Source: Opitutales bacterium (lineage in GTDB: Bacteria > Verrucomicrobiota > Verrucomicrobiia > Opitutales > UBA9783). Taken from it: a DNA stretch of 64,000 nucleotides. Positions 28,959 through 38,341 of this stretch are shown here, in pieces. Below the pieces are notes generated by a model. It worked only from the letters and a program-made list of their open reading frames with translations. It had not been told where the DNA came from and did no database searches. The position numbers were made by a program, and so were the translations under genes. Each line of letters begins with the position of its first letter. Positions within the stretch are counted from its first letter, which is position 1. The stretch is taken from NCBI GenBank assembly GCA_017958565.1, contig JAGDCJ010000016.1, positions 94-64,093 on the forward strand, in the 5' to 3' direction.

Positions 28959-29708
28959 TTACCGTTTTGCTTTCCCTTGTTGAGCGACCGCTTGCTGCGC
29001 TTTTTTGAGAGCATCGGCATTGCCTAAGTACGCATGGTGTTTCGGGTGTAGCGATGTATCCAATTCGTAAACAAGCGGGATTCCGGTTGGAATGTTTAAA
29101 GCGGTGATTTCGTCGTTGGATAGATGATCCAAATATTGTACGAGCGCGCGCAGAGAATTTCCGTGTGCAACGATCAGCAATTTTTTCCCCGATCGAATCG
29201 CGGGAGCAAGGGTAGATTGCCAATATGGCAACAATCGTGCTTGGGTATCTTGTAAAGACTCTCCTGATGGCAAGCTTTCCGGTGCACAAGAAGCATACCG
29301 CGGATCTTGGCAGGGATGACGAGCATCGGTGCGTTCCAATAAGGGTGGGCGTACCTCATAACTTCGCCGCCAGGTATGCACTTGCGCTTCTCCGTATTTT
29401 TCGGCAGTTTCTGCTTTATTAAGCCCTTGTAAGGCACCGTAATGCCGTTCGTTGAGCTGCCACGCGCGTTCGACGGGAATCCACATCGCATCTAATTCAT
29501 CCAGCACGATCCATAGCGTTCGAATTGCTCGTTTGAGAACAGAAGTATAAGCAGCATCGAAGGAAAAATGATGTTTTTTCAGTAATTGTGCAGCCTGTCG
29601 TGCTTCCTGCTTCCCTTTTTCGGAAAGATCCACATCGGTCCATCCGGTGAATCGATTTTCTTGATTCCAACAGCTTTCGCCATGGCGCAATAACACCAGG
29701 GTGCTCAT
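28959..29708 (-). CDS. gpmA: 2,3-bisphosphoglycerate-dependent phosphoglycerate mutase
   Basis: [29 protein letters not shown] is the classic GpmA N-terminus. 249 aa. Confidence 0.9.
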   Translation of the reverse strand: MSTLVLLRHGESCWNQENRFTGWTDVDLSEKGKQEARQAAQLLKKHHFSFDAAYTSVLKRAIRTLWIVLDELDAMWIPVERAWQLNERHYGALQGLNKAETAEKYGEAQVHTWRRSYEVRPPLLERTDARHPCQDPRYASCAPESLPSGESLQDTQARLLPYWQSTLAPAIRSGKKLLIVAHGNSLRALVQYLDHLSNDEITALNIPTGIPLVYELDTSLHPKHHAYLGNADALKKAQQAVAQQGKAKR

Positions 29709-29810
29709 TTTTTTCGCCTATTGGTTAGTTTTTTCAAACGAAGTGATGGGAAAATCATGGCAGAAAAGTGGTTTTTAATTTCTTTGAAAATTTTTTGAAA
29801 GCAAGTTGCA

Positions 29811-30683
29811 TTACTGTGGCAGTTTGAACCAATCTTCGGAATCGATCGTTTTTTGCGTGTGCGAATAGGGCAAGCGGTTGGCTTGTTCAAATCGATGCGA
29901 CCAAAAAGCTTGAAAGTCTGCTGCGGAAATCGGTTGCGGACAATAGTTTTCTGCGCCGGTAAATTCAATCCCAACGTAACGCGTTTGTGGAAAGGTCGTT
30001 TGGAGGGCTTCTTCCATGTCAGCGTGATTTTTTACGCGATCATCGACGAGCAAAACGCATTGCGGTGTCCATCCGATGGTTTGTAAAAAGGCGCACAAAA
30101 CGGTTCCTTTGGTTGTATTGCCACGCTCGCTGTTGGACAGCAAAATCCCTTTATAAAAAACCGGATAATTCCCCCGATAGCAAGGGCATTGGTAAAGAAT
30201 GATTTCTGATTGCGGAAACGTGTTTTCAAAAGAAAAGTTGTTTTCTTTTAAATGTTCATATCGACGGACTTCCATGCGGGTGCCTAAGAAATCTCCGGTT
30301 AAGGTAGCTGTCAAACTGATGGTTTTGACCGAAAGGTTTTGCAACACGTCATAAACGTCAGGATCCACCACGCGTTGTGGAAGGAGAAAATTGAAAGCAA
30401 ACGTCAAGGAAACGTCTTGTTCAGGGTACTGTTTTTGGATGGCATGATACAGATCCTCGTGTTGGCGCACATTGGGCAGATAGGTTGCGGGATGATCTGG
30501 TTGCAAAAGGGTCATGTCGATATCAAACAAGCACAATACCTGCTGTGGATCATAGGGAGCGATTTGTTGCTGCAAATACGTACCGACTTCTTTCATACGG
30601 GAAAGAATTACTTGGACTCCAGAAGGAAGAGGCATATAGAAGCAACTTTCTTTTAGTATAGAAAAGCTTCTGTACACCTTCAA
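29811..30683 (-). CDS. HAD-like protein (DxDxT; resembles the DUF2608 family), paralog 1
   Basis: The motif LCLFDIDMTLLQPDHP is followed by LLVDDRVKNH. It aligns along its length with the neighbouring ORF 30753..31607. Start uncertain (30683 or M17 at 30635). Confidence 0.5.
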   Translation of the reverse strand: MKVYRSFSILKESCFYMPLPSGVQVILSRMKEVGTYLQQQIAPYDPQQVLCLFDIDMTLLQPDHPATYLPNVRQHEDLYHAIQKQYPEQDVSLTFAFNFLLPQRVVDPDVYDVLQNLSVKTISLTATLTGDFLGTRMEVRRYEHLKENNFSFENTFPQSEIILYQCPCYRGNYPVFYKGILLSNSERGNTTKGTVLCAFLQTIGWTPQCVLLVDDRVKNHADMEEALQTTFPQTRYVGIEFTGAENYCPQPISAADFQAFWSHRFEQANRLPYSHTQKTIDSEDWFKLPQ

Positions 30684-30752
30684 GGAAAAACAAACACACG
30701 ATCAAACATTACTTACCGAATGCTTGATAGAACCGACGAACGAGAAAACGTT

Positions 30753-31607
30753 TTATAAGGTTTGTTCTTTTTGAGAGGGAGGAAAGACTTTTTTCAACAA
30801 TGCTTCTATCGAGGAGGTAAATTCTTTTTGAGAGACCGGAAAGGAATGCTTCCTTTGATACAAAATACCGATATATCGAATGTTGGGGAATTGTTGATGA
30901 AGAGACTGTTGAACGGTTTGAAGGTTGGTTTGGCGATCATCCACCAATAAAACGCATTTCGGTAGGTGTGGTAGGGTTTTGAGAAAAGCGCATAAAACGG
31001 CACCTTTGGATCCCGCACCTTGTAGTTGAGGAGAAGAAAACAAAATTCCTCGATAATATTCCGGGTGCATTCCGTTTTCAAAAGTAATCGAATCGATGGA
31101 GCGAGAAGAAAAAGGGAAGGCTTGTTCGAAAGAAATCCCGAAACGCTTTAATTCTTGATACCGTAAGGTGGTGATCGCTTGCCTCAAACACTTTTCGGTT
31201 CCGGATGCCGTAAAGGCGATGGTTTGTGGAGGAAAGTAGTGGCAATAGGAAAGAAAATTGGGATCAGCTAGGTGGACGTGCGATGATACCTGCGCACGCA
31301 GCATGAAATACAGAACGGATTCTGTAATGTGAGGACAATAACGCTTTTGCAATGATTGAAAGATTTTTTTGTGTTTTTGAAAAGAGTCGGAGGATAGCGG
31401 TGGATAATCGAGCTGTATAAGGGTGTCGTCGATGTCGAAGCAACATAAAATATCCTCAGGACGGTAATCAGCGGTTTCTTGTTGAATCCAACGGCTCACT
31501 TCTTTCATGTTATGAGCGGTATACGTGACGGCTTGATTATGTTTCCAAATTTGCCAACCTGCCCATGTGGCATAAAGAACAATCGCTCCTATGATGAACT
31601 TTTTCAT
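30753..31607 (-). CDS. HAD-like protein (DxDxT; resembles the DUF2608 family), paralog 2, membrane-anchored
   Basis: I trimmed the start to ATG 31607 (MKKFIIGAIVLYATWAGWQIW, a TM or signal anchor). Motifs are CCFDIDDTLIQLDYP and LLVDDRQTNL. Shared blocks with paralog 1 include GILLSN/GILFSS, KGTVLCAFLQT/KGAVLCAFLKT and RYVGIEF/RYIGILY. Confidence 0.5.
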   Translation of the reverse strand: MKKFIIGAIVLYATWAGWQIWKHNQAVTYTAHNMKEVSRWIQQETADYRPEDILCCFDIDDTLIQLDYPPLSSDSFQKHKKIFQSLQKRYCPHITESVLYFMLRAQVSSHVHLADPNFLSYCHYFPPQTIAFTASGTEKCLRQAITTLRYQELKRFGISFEQAFPFSSRSIDSITFENGMHPEYYRGILFSSPQLQGAGSKGAVLCAFLKTLPHLPKCVLLVDDRQTNLQTVQQSLHQQFPNIRYIGILYQRKHSFPVSQKEFTSSIEALLKKVFPPSQKEQTL

Positions 31608-31703
31608 GCTGAAAAAATTTGTAAAAAAACACAGCTCATTTTCAATCAAAAATTTTTTTGAAAAAACACGCTGAGTGATTTCTGAGATATTGGAAAAATC
31701 TTT

Positions 31704-32825
31704 TTAATGCCGTAAGGCGCGTCGAAACAGATAGATCGCGAGTCCTTGAAAGAGAAGATGCGGTAACCACACTAAAAAATCTGGTCGATATTGCGGGACC
31801 GATTCTAGCCAGGAAATCGCCATGACGATGAAGTAAAAACTGAGCGCAAGCCCAATTGCGAGGACGATATTAGCGGATGTTTCTGCGCGGCTGAGTTTCA
31901 TCCCGAGAGGAATGGCGATCAACACCAGCGATAAGACCGCAAACGACATCACCGCGTTTTTTTGAATTTCCAGCTGAAGAAGAATTTTGCTTCGCTCTCG
32001 TAGTGGTGGATGCGGAATCGTCTCTGCCTTTTTACGCTCGCGGCGCAATTCGGATAATGTCATATAGCCGACTTTTTTGTGAAAATGTTCTTTCCCAAGC
32101 ATCGTGGTTAATGGTAAGGCAATATCGGTACTTTCAAACGAAACTGCTTGTCCATCGATCGAACCATTGTATTTTTCTCCGGATCCTTTCAGCAGGGTTA
32201 AGACAATGGCGTTTTTTTTCTCATCGTACCGCAGGACCCCTTGCTGAGAATGCAAAAATAAGTTTACGCCGGATTCTTGCCGGTTATCCAATTCCCAAAG
32301 CCAGCAATTTTCAACCGCGTTTTCATGTTTTTTTTCGATGTAAAACAAGTAACCAGGAAAGTCTTTTACAAAGGTTCCTTCTTGAATGAAGGACAGCGGT
32401 TTTTGGCGAATTAAATTCCCTAAGGCTTTGCGGTAATACACGATTGAATGAGGTCCCCAATGAAAATTCACCAGGAGCGTAAAAATCGTACTGAGGCTGG
32501 CTAACAGCAGCAAGGGAGCAATGATATACCACAAACTAAGCCCAGAGGCTTTCATTGCAATCAGCTCGTTTTGCGAAGAAAGACGCCCTAGTACCAATAA
32601 GGTAGCGGTCAAGATGCCTAGCGGTAATGAGTAAGCCACCATGGATGGAATGAGGTGTAGCATCGTGTCGAAGAAGAAAGACCATTCGATTTTTCCGCTT
32701 GCAAGCAAGGGAAGGATATCTTTCATGGCATTTCCGGCGATTAAGACAAAAACAAACAGCAAAACCGTATTCAGAGTGGCAAAGAAAAATTGACGCAACA
32801 GATAACGTTGCAAGAGGGAAGGCAC
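31704..32825 (-). CDS. LPS export ABC permease, LptF/LptG (YjgP/YjgQ) family
   Basis: 373 aa. The N-terminus LLQRYLLRQFFFATLNTVLLFVFVLIAGN, the six-TM layout and the central periplasmic domain are typical of LptF/G. Confidence 0.8.
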   Translation of the reverse strand: MPSLLQRYLLRQFFFATLNTVLLFVFVLIAGNAMKDILPLLASGKIEWSFFFDTMLHLIPSMVAYSLPLGILTATLLVLGRLSSQNELIAMKASGLSLWYIIAPLLLLASLSTIFTLLVNFHWGPHSIVYYRKALGNLIRQKPLSFIQEGTFVKDFPGYLFYIEKKHENAVENCWLWELDNRQESGVNLFLHSQQGVLRYDEKKNAIVLTLLKGSGEKYNGSIDGQAVSFESTDIALPLTTMLGKEHFHKKVGYMTLSELRRERKKAETIPHPPLRERSKILLQLEIQKNAVMSFAVLSLVLIAIPLGMKLSRAETSANIVLAIGLALSFYFIVMAISWLESVPQYRPDFLVWLPHLLFQGLAIYLFRRALRH

Positions 32826-32871
32826 ATTTTTCTTATAACGGAAATCCGTGATCGTTGAAAAGCAAAAAGGC

Positions 32872-33618
32872 TTACGAGCGCGGAATTCCTAGGATGCGGA
32901 AAACGGGATCGAGAATTTTTTGCGTCCCGTTTTTCTCTTCATAATGTTTCAACACGGCATAGATGTAGTAAGGATGTTGGAGCAAAAATCCCAGCAAGCA
33001 ATGTTTCAGCACTTGTTCGAGGGTGTTGATATGTACGGGATTTTTTGTGTAAATGGTGTTGAAGAAAAATGCATCGAAATTTCGTGCCTGTAGCAGGAAG
33101 AAATCTTTCTTTTTTAAAAAATCCGTGGTTTCTTCGATCGTATGCATGCCTTGAAATAGAGGAACGCTTCTTGCCTCACAACAAATGCCGATCCCATGGA
33201 GAAACAACGATTCATTGGCCGATACAAGAGCGTCGTGATCAGAGCCCATTAAGATCATTTTGATAAAATCGTAGGAACAAGAAGGATCCAACAAATCAGC
33301 AAGGGTTTTGACAGAAATGGTGATTTTTTGTGGTTGCTTCCACATGGATTCATCAAAATTGATAGCGGCTGCAATGGCTGGATCAACGGTACGCAAGGAA
33401 GCGCACGCTTTGCTTTTCGGAAGATATAAGGTAGCCGATCCGGTATGAGCACCGACAGCTTCGGTGTAAATGTGATCATATTCGCCGCTTTGCAACAATC
33501 GATGAGCTTCTTCCTCCTCTGGTTCAACCCCATGAATGATTTTATTCTTTACCCAGCGAAGGGGCGCAAAAATGTGCGCTTTTGCTAAGTTACCTTTTTT
33601 GATAAAAAATGGACACAT
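32872..33618 (-). CDS. FkbM-family methyltransferase-like protein (N-terminal SAM motif not obvious)
   Basis: The segment ...HGVEPEEEEAHRLL...IYTEAVGAHTGSATLYLPK... resembles the FkbM (Methyltransf_21) core. I chose ATG 33618 as the start to avoid a 43-nt overlap with sctU. The longer ORF start is 33750. Confidence 0.4.
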   Translation of the reverse strand: MCPFFIKKGNLAKAHIFAPLRWVKNKIIHGVEPEEEEAHRLLQSGEYDHIYTEAVGAHTGSATLYLPKSKACASLRTVDPAIAAAINFDESMWKQPQKITISVKTLADLLDPSCSYDFIKMILMGSDHDALVSANESLFLHGIGICCEARSVPLFQGMHTIEETTDFLKKKDFFLLQARNFDAFFFNTIYTKNPVHINTLEQVLKHCLLGFLLQHPYYIYAVLKHYEEKNGTQKILDPVFRILGIPRS

Positions 33619-33707
33619 TGCGCTTTTATGGGAAAGTATTTTAAAAGGCGGATGTGGATCCGTACGAGGCGAAAAGAGATGAAGATTTTGAATCGATCGA
33701 TAAAGTA

Positions 33708-34763
33708 TCAGAAAGGTTTGGATGGTTGTTTTTTTTGTTCCTGTAACCAACGAATCACCTTCGCGATGGGTTCAATCAATTCACGAGGGATGTAGTGCCC
33801 TTCTTCTGCCAAATCGTATAGGGCGTGGGCTAAGGGAATATCTTCTAGAATGGGGATGTGGTATTCAGCAGCGACTTTTTTCATTTGTTGCGCTTGGAAA
33901 TCAACCCCTTTTGCCAATACGAACGGTAAAGGGGTCACGAGTTCGTTGTAATAAATCGCGACGGCGTAATGGGTCGGGTTGACAATCAGAGCAGAAGCGC
34001 GTTTGGTTTTTTGGATCGGTCCTCCTTGTAAAAGCTCGCGATGAAGCTGTTTGCGCTTCCCTTTAATGGTAGGATCTCCCTCTTGTTCCTTAAATTCCCG
34101 CTTGACCTCATCCTTGGTCATCATGAGTTGTTTTTTGTGATTGTAGCGCTGAAAAATAAAATCAAAAAGTGCCACCAGTCCGTAAGCGAATGCCACATTC
34201 ATAACGAAACGCTTCAGAATCGGAAACATCAGGTTTGTAAAGTCCGGTACGGATAAAAAGGGTGTTTTGAGGAGCGGATCTAAGGTGTTGCGAATAACAA
34301 AGTACAGCAGAGTGCTTAAGAAGAGAATTTTGAAAGAAGATTTGAGAAATTCGATGCAGTTTTTGAGGGAAAAAATTTGCTTGAGTTTGGAAATCGGGTT
34401 GAGCTTGTTGAAATCCGGTTTGATGGCTTCTGGAGAAAACAGTAGTCCGAATTGCAAACAATTCGCGAAAATGCCCGTTAAGAAGACCAGCATCATCAAC
34501 GGCAACAGAACTTGAACGGTGGCCCATAAACAAGCTAATGCGGTATGTTGACAAGCTTCTCCAAAAGATTCTTGAAAAAAACGAGCCGGAGCAACGGTTA
34601 CCTCCAACAGTGCTTGGAAAATGGTTTCGTGCCGAATCCCGAAGTACGAAAAAATGACGATTAACAAGGCAGTAGAGGTGACATCTTTGCTGTTGGCAAC
34701 TTGTCCTTTTTTGCGAGCATCTCGCAATTTTTTTGCGGTTGGTTGCTCGGTTTTTTCAGCCAT
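33708..34763 (-). CDS. sctU: type III secretion export-apparatus switch protein SctU (YscU/FlhB family)
   Basis: MAEKTEQPTAKKLRDARKKGQVANSKDV and EAIKPDFNKLNP are present. The autocleavage NPTH motif is in LIVNPTHYAVAIYY. The C-terminus HYIPRELIEPIAKVIRWL follows the YscU pattern more closely than flagellar FlhB. Confidence 0.85.
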   Translation of the reverse strand: MAEKTEQPTAKKLRDARKKGQVANSKDVTSTALLIVIFSYFGIRHETIFQALLEVTVAPARFFQESFGEACQHTALACLWATVQVLLPLMMLVFLTGIFANCLQFGLLFSPEAIKPDFNKLNPISKLKQIFSLKNCIEFLKSSFKILFLSTLLYFVIRNTLDPLLKTPFLSVPDFTNLMFPILKRFVMNVAFAYGLVALFDFIFQRYNHKKQLMMTKDEVKREFKEQEGDPTIKGKRKQLHRELLQGGPIQKTKRASALIVNPTHYAVAIYYNELVTPLPFVLAKGVDFQAQQMKKVAAEYHIPILEDIPLAHALYDLAEEGHYIPRELIEPIAKVIRWLQEQKKQPSKPF

Positions 34764-35553
34764 GAAGCGCCTTTAAAAGCGTTGTGACGGCATTATGGGG
34801 CTCAAAATGCGTGCAAAAATACCGCGTTAGGTAAGACAAATAGAGGATAAAAAAGAACATCGCGAGCTCACTTTTGATCGGCATGGAGAGAAAGAATACG
34901 TTCAATTGGGGTGCAAAACGAGTTACTAATCCCAGGCCGAATTCGGATAAGAACAGGATAAATAAGACTGGACCTCCTAGAAGAAAAATCAAGGAAAACA
35001 GCTTCCCTCCCATGGTATGGATAAAAAAAGTATTCCACCACGAAGCTAACGGTTCCATGGGGATCAAGACCGGAAGTTGTTCGTAGCTGAAATACAATCC
35101 TTTTAAAAAGAGTAAAAATCCTCCACTGGAAATGGCCAAAATCATCACAAATTTTAGAAGAAAATCACCCAGCGGGCTGGTTTGAGAGTTGGAAATTGGG
35201 TCAAACAAGCTAGCCATGGCAGCTCCTCGCTGCGTATCAATGATGAACCCAATTCCTTGTGCAACGTACAATAGAAAATTGCTGAGCCATCCGAAAATAG
35301 CGCCGAGAAGAACTTCTTTGCATAAGAGAATCCCAAAAAAACCTTTGTCGTTTTGCAAAAGAGCGATGGCAGGTTCGAACAAGGGAGGAACGATTACGAG
35401 CGTTAGTGCCAATACCAGAGCACGGCCGGCGATTCCGCTTACATATTGCGAAGAAAAGAAGGCGGATGTTGAACAGAAACCGAAAACACGGCTGCTGCAC
35501 ATTCCCAACACCAACAGGGAGTCCAAAAGCGGTTGTAATTGTTCTAAGGTCAT
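34756..35553 (-). CDS. sctT: type III secretion export-apparatus protein SctT (YscT/FliR family)
   Basis: 265-aa polytopic protein. GFIIDTQRGAAMASLFDP and RFAPQLNVFFLSMPIK are FliR/YscT signatures. It overlaps sctU by 8 nt and sctS by 4 nt. Confidence 0.8.
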   Translation of the reverse strand: MTLEQLQPLLDSLLVLGMCSSRVFGFCSTSAFFSSQYVSGIAGRALVLALTLVIVPPLFEPAIALLQNDKGFFGILLCKEVLLGAIFGWLSNFLLYVAQGIGFIIDTQRGAAMASLFDPISNSQTSPLGDFLLKFVMILAISSGGFLLFLKGLYFSYEQLPVLIPMEPLASWWNTFFIHTMGGKLFSLIFLLGGPVLFILFLSEFGLGLVTRFAPQLNVFFLSMPIKSELAMFFFILYLSYLTRYFCTHFEPHNAVTTLLKALHG

Positions 35554-35822
35554 GAAGGAGACCGTTGTTGAAGAAAGTAGAAAATGGATTCAGTGTAGCG
35601 TATCATTTCCGTTCCCATCCAATGGGCGGTTAACAGAAGTACCAGGGCAATGCAAATCAGACGTACGACAAAGCTAAGGGTTTGTTCTTGGACTTGCGTT
35701 AATGCTTGTAACAAACTAACACCTAGACCGACCAGTGTAGCTAGCAAAATAGAAGGAAGGGACAGCAATAAAACCATCGTCATAGCTTTGGAAGAAAGTT
35801 CGATGACAACCGAAGAATCCAT
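35550..35822 (-). CDS. sctS: type III secretion export-apparatus protein SctS (YscS/FliQ family)
   Basis: I trimmed the start to ATG 35822, giving 90 aa. GVSLLQALTQVQEQTLSFVVRLI matches the YscS/FliQ core motif. Confidence 0.8.
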   Translation of the reverse strand: MDSSVVIELSSKAMTMVLLLSLPSILLATLVGLGVSLLQALTQVQEQTLSFVVRLICIALVLLLTAHWMGTEMIRYTESIFYFLQQRSPS

Positions 35823-35917
35823 ATAAACTATTATAATCCAAGAAGGCAAGGAACACAAACGGTTTGTTAGGGTCAAAATAGATTGCTTTGTAACGATGGA
35901 AATGAAAAAATAAAAAC

Positions 35918-36955
35918 ATGACGCAATTTCGAAAGGCCTGTGCAGCAGCTAAACGATTTTGGAAGTACTGGAAAGCGAAAAAACACCGTTCGATTTATGT
36001 AGGTATTGCGGATGTGTGCAATGCGAAGTGTTATTACTGTCAAAAAGGTTATGATAACTTACAGCAGGTTCGATCGACGAAAAAACCTTTTATGGAAGTT
36101 GGTTTTTTCGAAAAACTGGTACGTCATTGCAAGGCAGCTCATTTTTTGGATGAAACCGGTGTGCTCGGTTTGTACTCATGGAATGAGTCTTTTTTACATC
36201 CGGAACTTACAAAAATAATTGATGTAGGAACGCGAGAGCATTGCTTAATGTCCTTAGCATCGAATGGAAGTATTCGTCCAAAATTGCCGGAAAATTTTGA
36301 TGCAAGTGCAATTGGGAATATTTCTTTTTCCTTATGTGGCTTTAGCCAAGCATCGTATGATAAGATTCATCAGTTGGATTTTCACCAGATTCGATCGAAT
36401 ATTGAATGGATGGTACGAGCGTTTCGTCAGCATGGATTTTTTGGTTTTTTGTTGCTTCGTTTCCATATTTATCAATTTAATGTGTCCGAAATTGAACCGG
36501 CGCGACGTTGGGCGAAATCCTTAGGAATGCAGTTTGCGCCTTATTATGCGTATATCAATGATCCACAAAAAAGTTGGCAATATCTCCAACAAACGTTGCC
36601 AGTGGAATACTTAACAAGGGTTTCGAAGGATTTATTCATGGGATACCATTTATATCGTTCGAAAAAAGTAATGAACGGTTGCGATCGCATTGCTGTTGCA
36701 TGGCCTGATGTGGAAGGAAATTGCAAGGTATGTTGTATGAACAATACAAGTATTGGTTCGATTTTCGATTTTTCTTCTCCTGAAGAAATGATGCGAGCGA
36801 AGCAAGCCATTTGCCAACAATGTTTGGCGACCTTTGATTTTAACATGTGGGATGAAATTAACGATGATGATTGGAAAAAGCGTCGAGCTGGGAAACTCAG
36901 TTTCTCCTATGTAAGTCAGTTTTTGAAAACCTGCTTTTTGAAAAAAACACGGTAG
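35918..36955 (+). CDS. radical SAM protein, function unknown
   Basis: 345 aa. The CxxxCxxC cluster motif is in GIADVCNAKCYYCQKG. C-terminal Cys pairs (CKVCC, CQQC) suggest an auxiliary cluster or zinc site. Confidence 0.7.
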   Translation: MTQFRKACAAAKRFWKYWKAKKHRSIYVGIADVCNAKCYYCQKGYDNLQQVRSTKKPFMEVGFFEKLVRHCKAAHFLDETGVLGLYSWNESFLHPELTKIIDVGTREHCLMSLASNGSIRPKLPENFDASAIGNISFSLCGFSQASYDKIHQLDFHQIRSNIEWMVRAFRQHGFFGFLLLRFHIYQFNVSEIEPARRWAKSLGMQFAPYYAYINDPQKSWQYLQQTLPVEYLTRVSKDLFMGYHLYRSKKVMNGCDRIAVAWPDVEGNCKVCCMNNTSIGSIFDFSSPEEMMRAKQAICQQCLATFDFNMWDEINDDDWKKRRAGKLSFSYVSQFLKTCFLKKTR

Positions 36956-37012
36956 TACGGTCATTGAAAATGTTTGAAATCGATATTGATTTCTATTTAA
37001 TAAAAAACAACT

Positions 37013-38158
37013 ATGAAGGTTCGGATTGAAAAAAATGCACTGAGCAACGGATTGCAGCAAGTGCTCAATGTGGTTGGTATGCGAACGACTTTACCAGTAT
37101 TGAGCAATGTGCGTTTGTGTGCGAAAGAAGGTGGATTGGAATTAACCACAACGAATTTGGATATGGGTATTCGTTGTACCGTTGCTGCAGAAATCAAAGA
37201 ACCGGGTTCGTTGGCCTTACCCGCGCGAAAATTAGCGTCGATTGTAAAAGCCTTGCCGGAAGGAATGATTGATTTGGATTGTTCTTCAGAACAAGCGAAA
37301 TTACATTGCGGACGATCAAAATTCCGGATGATGGGAATGAATGATCACGACTTTCCCAATTTGCCACTTTTCCCGCAAGAGGAAGGGTTATGCTTGGAAC
37401 AGCAACAATTGCGAAGATGGTTACAGCATGTTTCGTTTGCGCAATCGGAAGATGAAAATCGTTATTTGTTAAACGGGGTTTTGTTTTCCTTCAAGGAAGA
37501 AGCGGATAAAACCGAATTGCATATCGTCGCAACGGATGGACGTCGTTTAAGTCTTATGCAACAAGAGGTAGCCGTTCCTGCTTCTTTTCGAGGAAAATCT
37601 TTTATTTTGCCTGCAAAAGCGGTGCAAGAATTAGAGCATTTGCTACAACAAGCGGCATCGATGCGGGTATATTACAATGAAAAGCAAATCGGGTTTGATT
37701 TATCCTTAGATGAGAATGCACAAAAAAGTGGATTGGTACAGTCGATTTACTTGGTTTCTAAAAAAATTGAAGGAACGTTTCCCAATTATTTACAGGTTAT
37801 TCCGAAAGCAACCGAGCAGCGTGTTCAATTGGATCGTGCGTTATGGTTGGAAAGTATCCAACGGGTATCGTTGGTTTCCAGCTTGGATAATTATACGGTT
37901 CGATTGACCTTTACGGAAAATTTATTGGAGGTTTCTGCCTCAAGCGCAGAGTTTGGGGAAGCGCAAGAATCGATCGCGATTCAATACGCCGCAAAAGAAC
38001 CAGTTTCGATCATTTTTAATGCGCGGTTTTTGATGGATCCGCTCAAAGCGTTGACCGAAGATACCGTTATATTTGAATTTAAGGATGATGTAAGTCCGGG
38101 TGTGATCAAAACGAAAGAAAAGTTTCAGTGTGTCATTATGCCGTTGCGCATAGGATAA
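37013..38158 (+). CDS. dnaN: DNA polymerase III beta sliding clamp
   Basis: 381 aa. It starts MKVRIEKNALSNGLQQVLNVVGMRTTLPVLSNVRL and ends with the C-terminal MPLRIG. Confidence 0.9.
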   Translation: MKVRIEKNALSNGLQQVLNVVGMRTTLPVLSNVRLCAKEGGLELTTTNLDMGIRCTVAAEIKEPGSLALPARKLASIVKALPEGMIDLDCSSEQAKLHCGRSKFRMMGMNDHDFPNLPLFPQEEGLCLEQQQLRRWLQHVSFAQSEDENRYLLNGVLFSFKEEADKTELHIVATDGRRLSLMQQEVAVPASFRGKSFILPAKAVQELEHLLQQAASMRVYYNEKQIGFDLSLDENAQKSGLVQSIYLVSKKIEGTFPNYLQVIPKATEQRVQLDRALWLESIQRVSLVSSLDNYTVRLTFTENLLEVSASSAEFGEAQESIAIQYAAKEPVSIIFNARFLMDPLKALTEDTVIFEFKDDVSPGVIKTKEKFQCVIMPLRIG

Positions 38159-38341
38159 AAAATTTTCGATCGATCGTTTTTCTAAGCGATTCAAAAAGTT
38201 TCAAAGATTTTCCCCTTGTAAGGGATATCGGCTTGTTAGGTGTTTCTTCCCCTAAAACGAAAGATGGTTCCGCCCTTTGAGGGTTTACAAGCGAGGAAAA
38301 ACCTTGCGTATTTTCGATCGAAAAGAGGACAATAAGACCAT

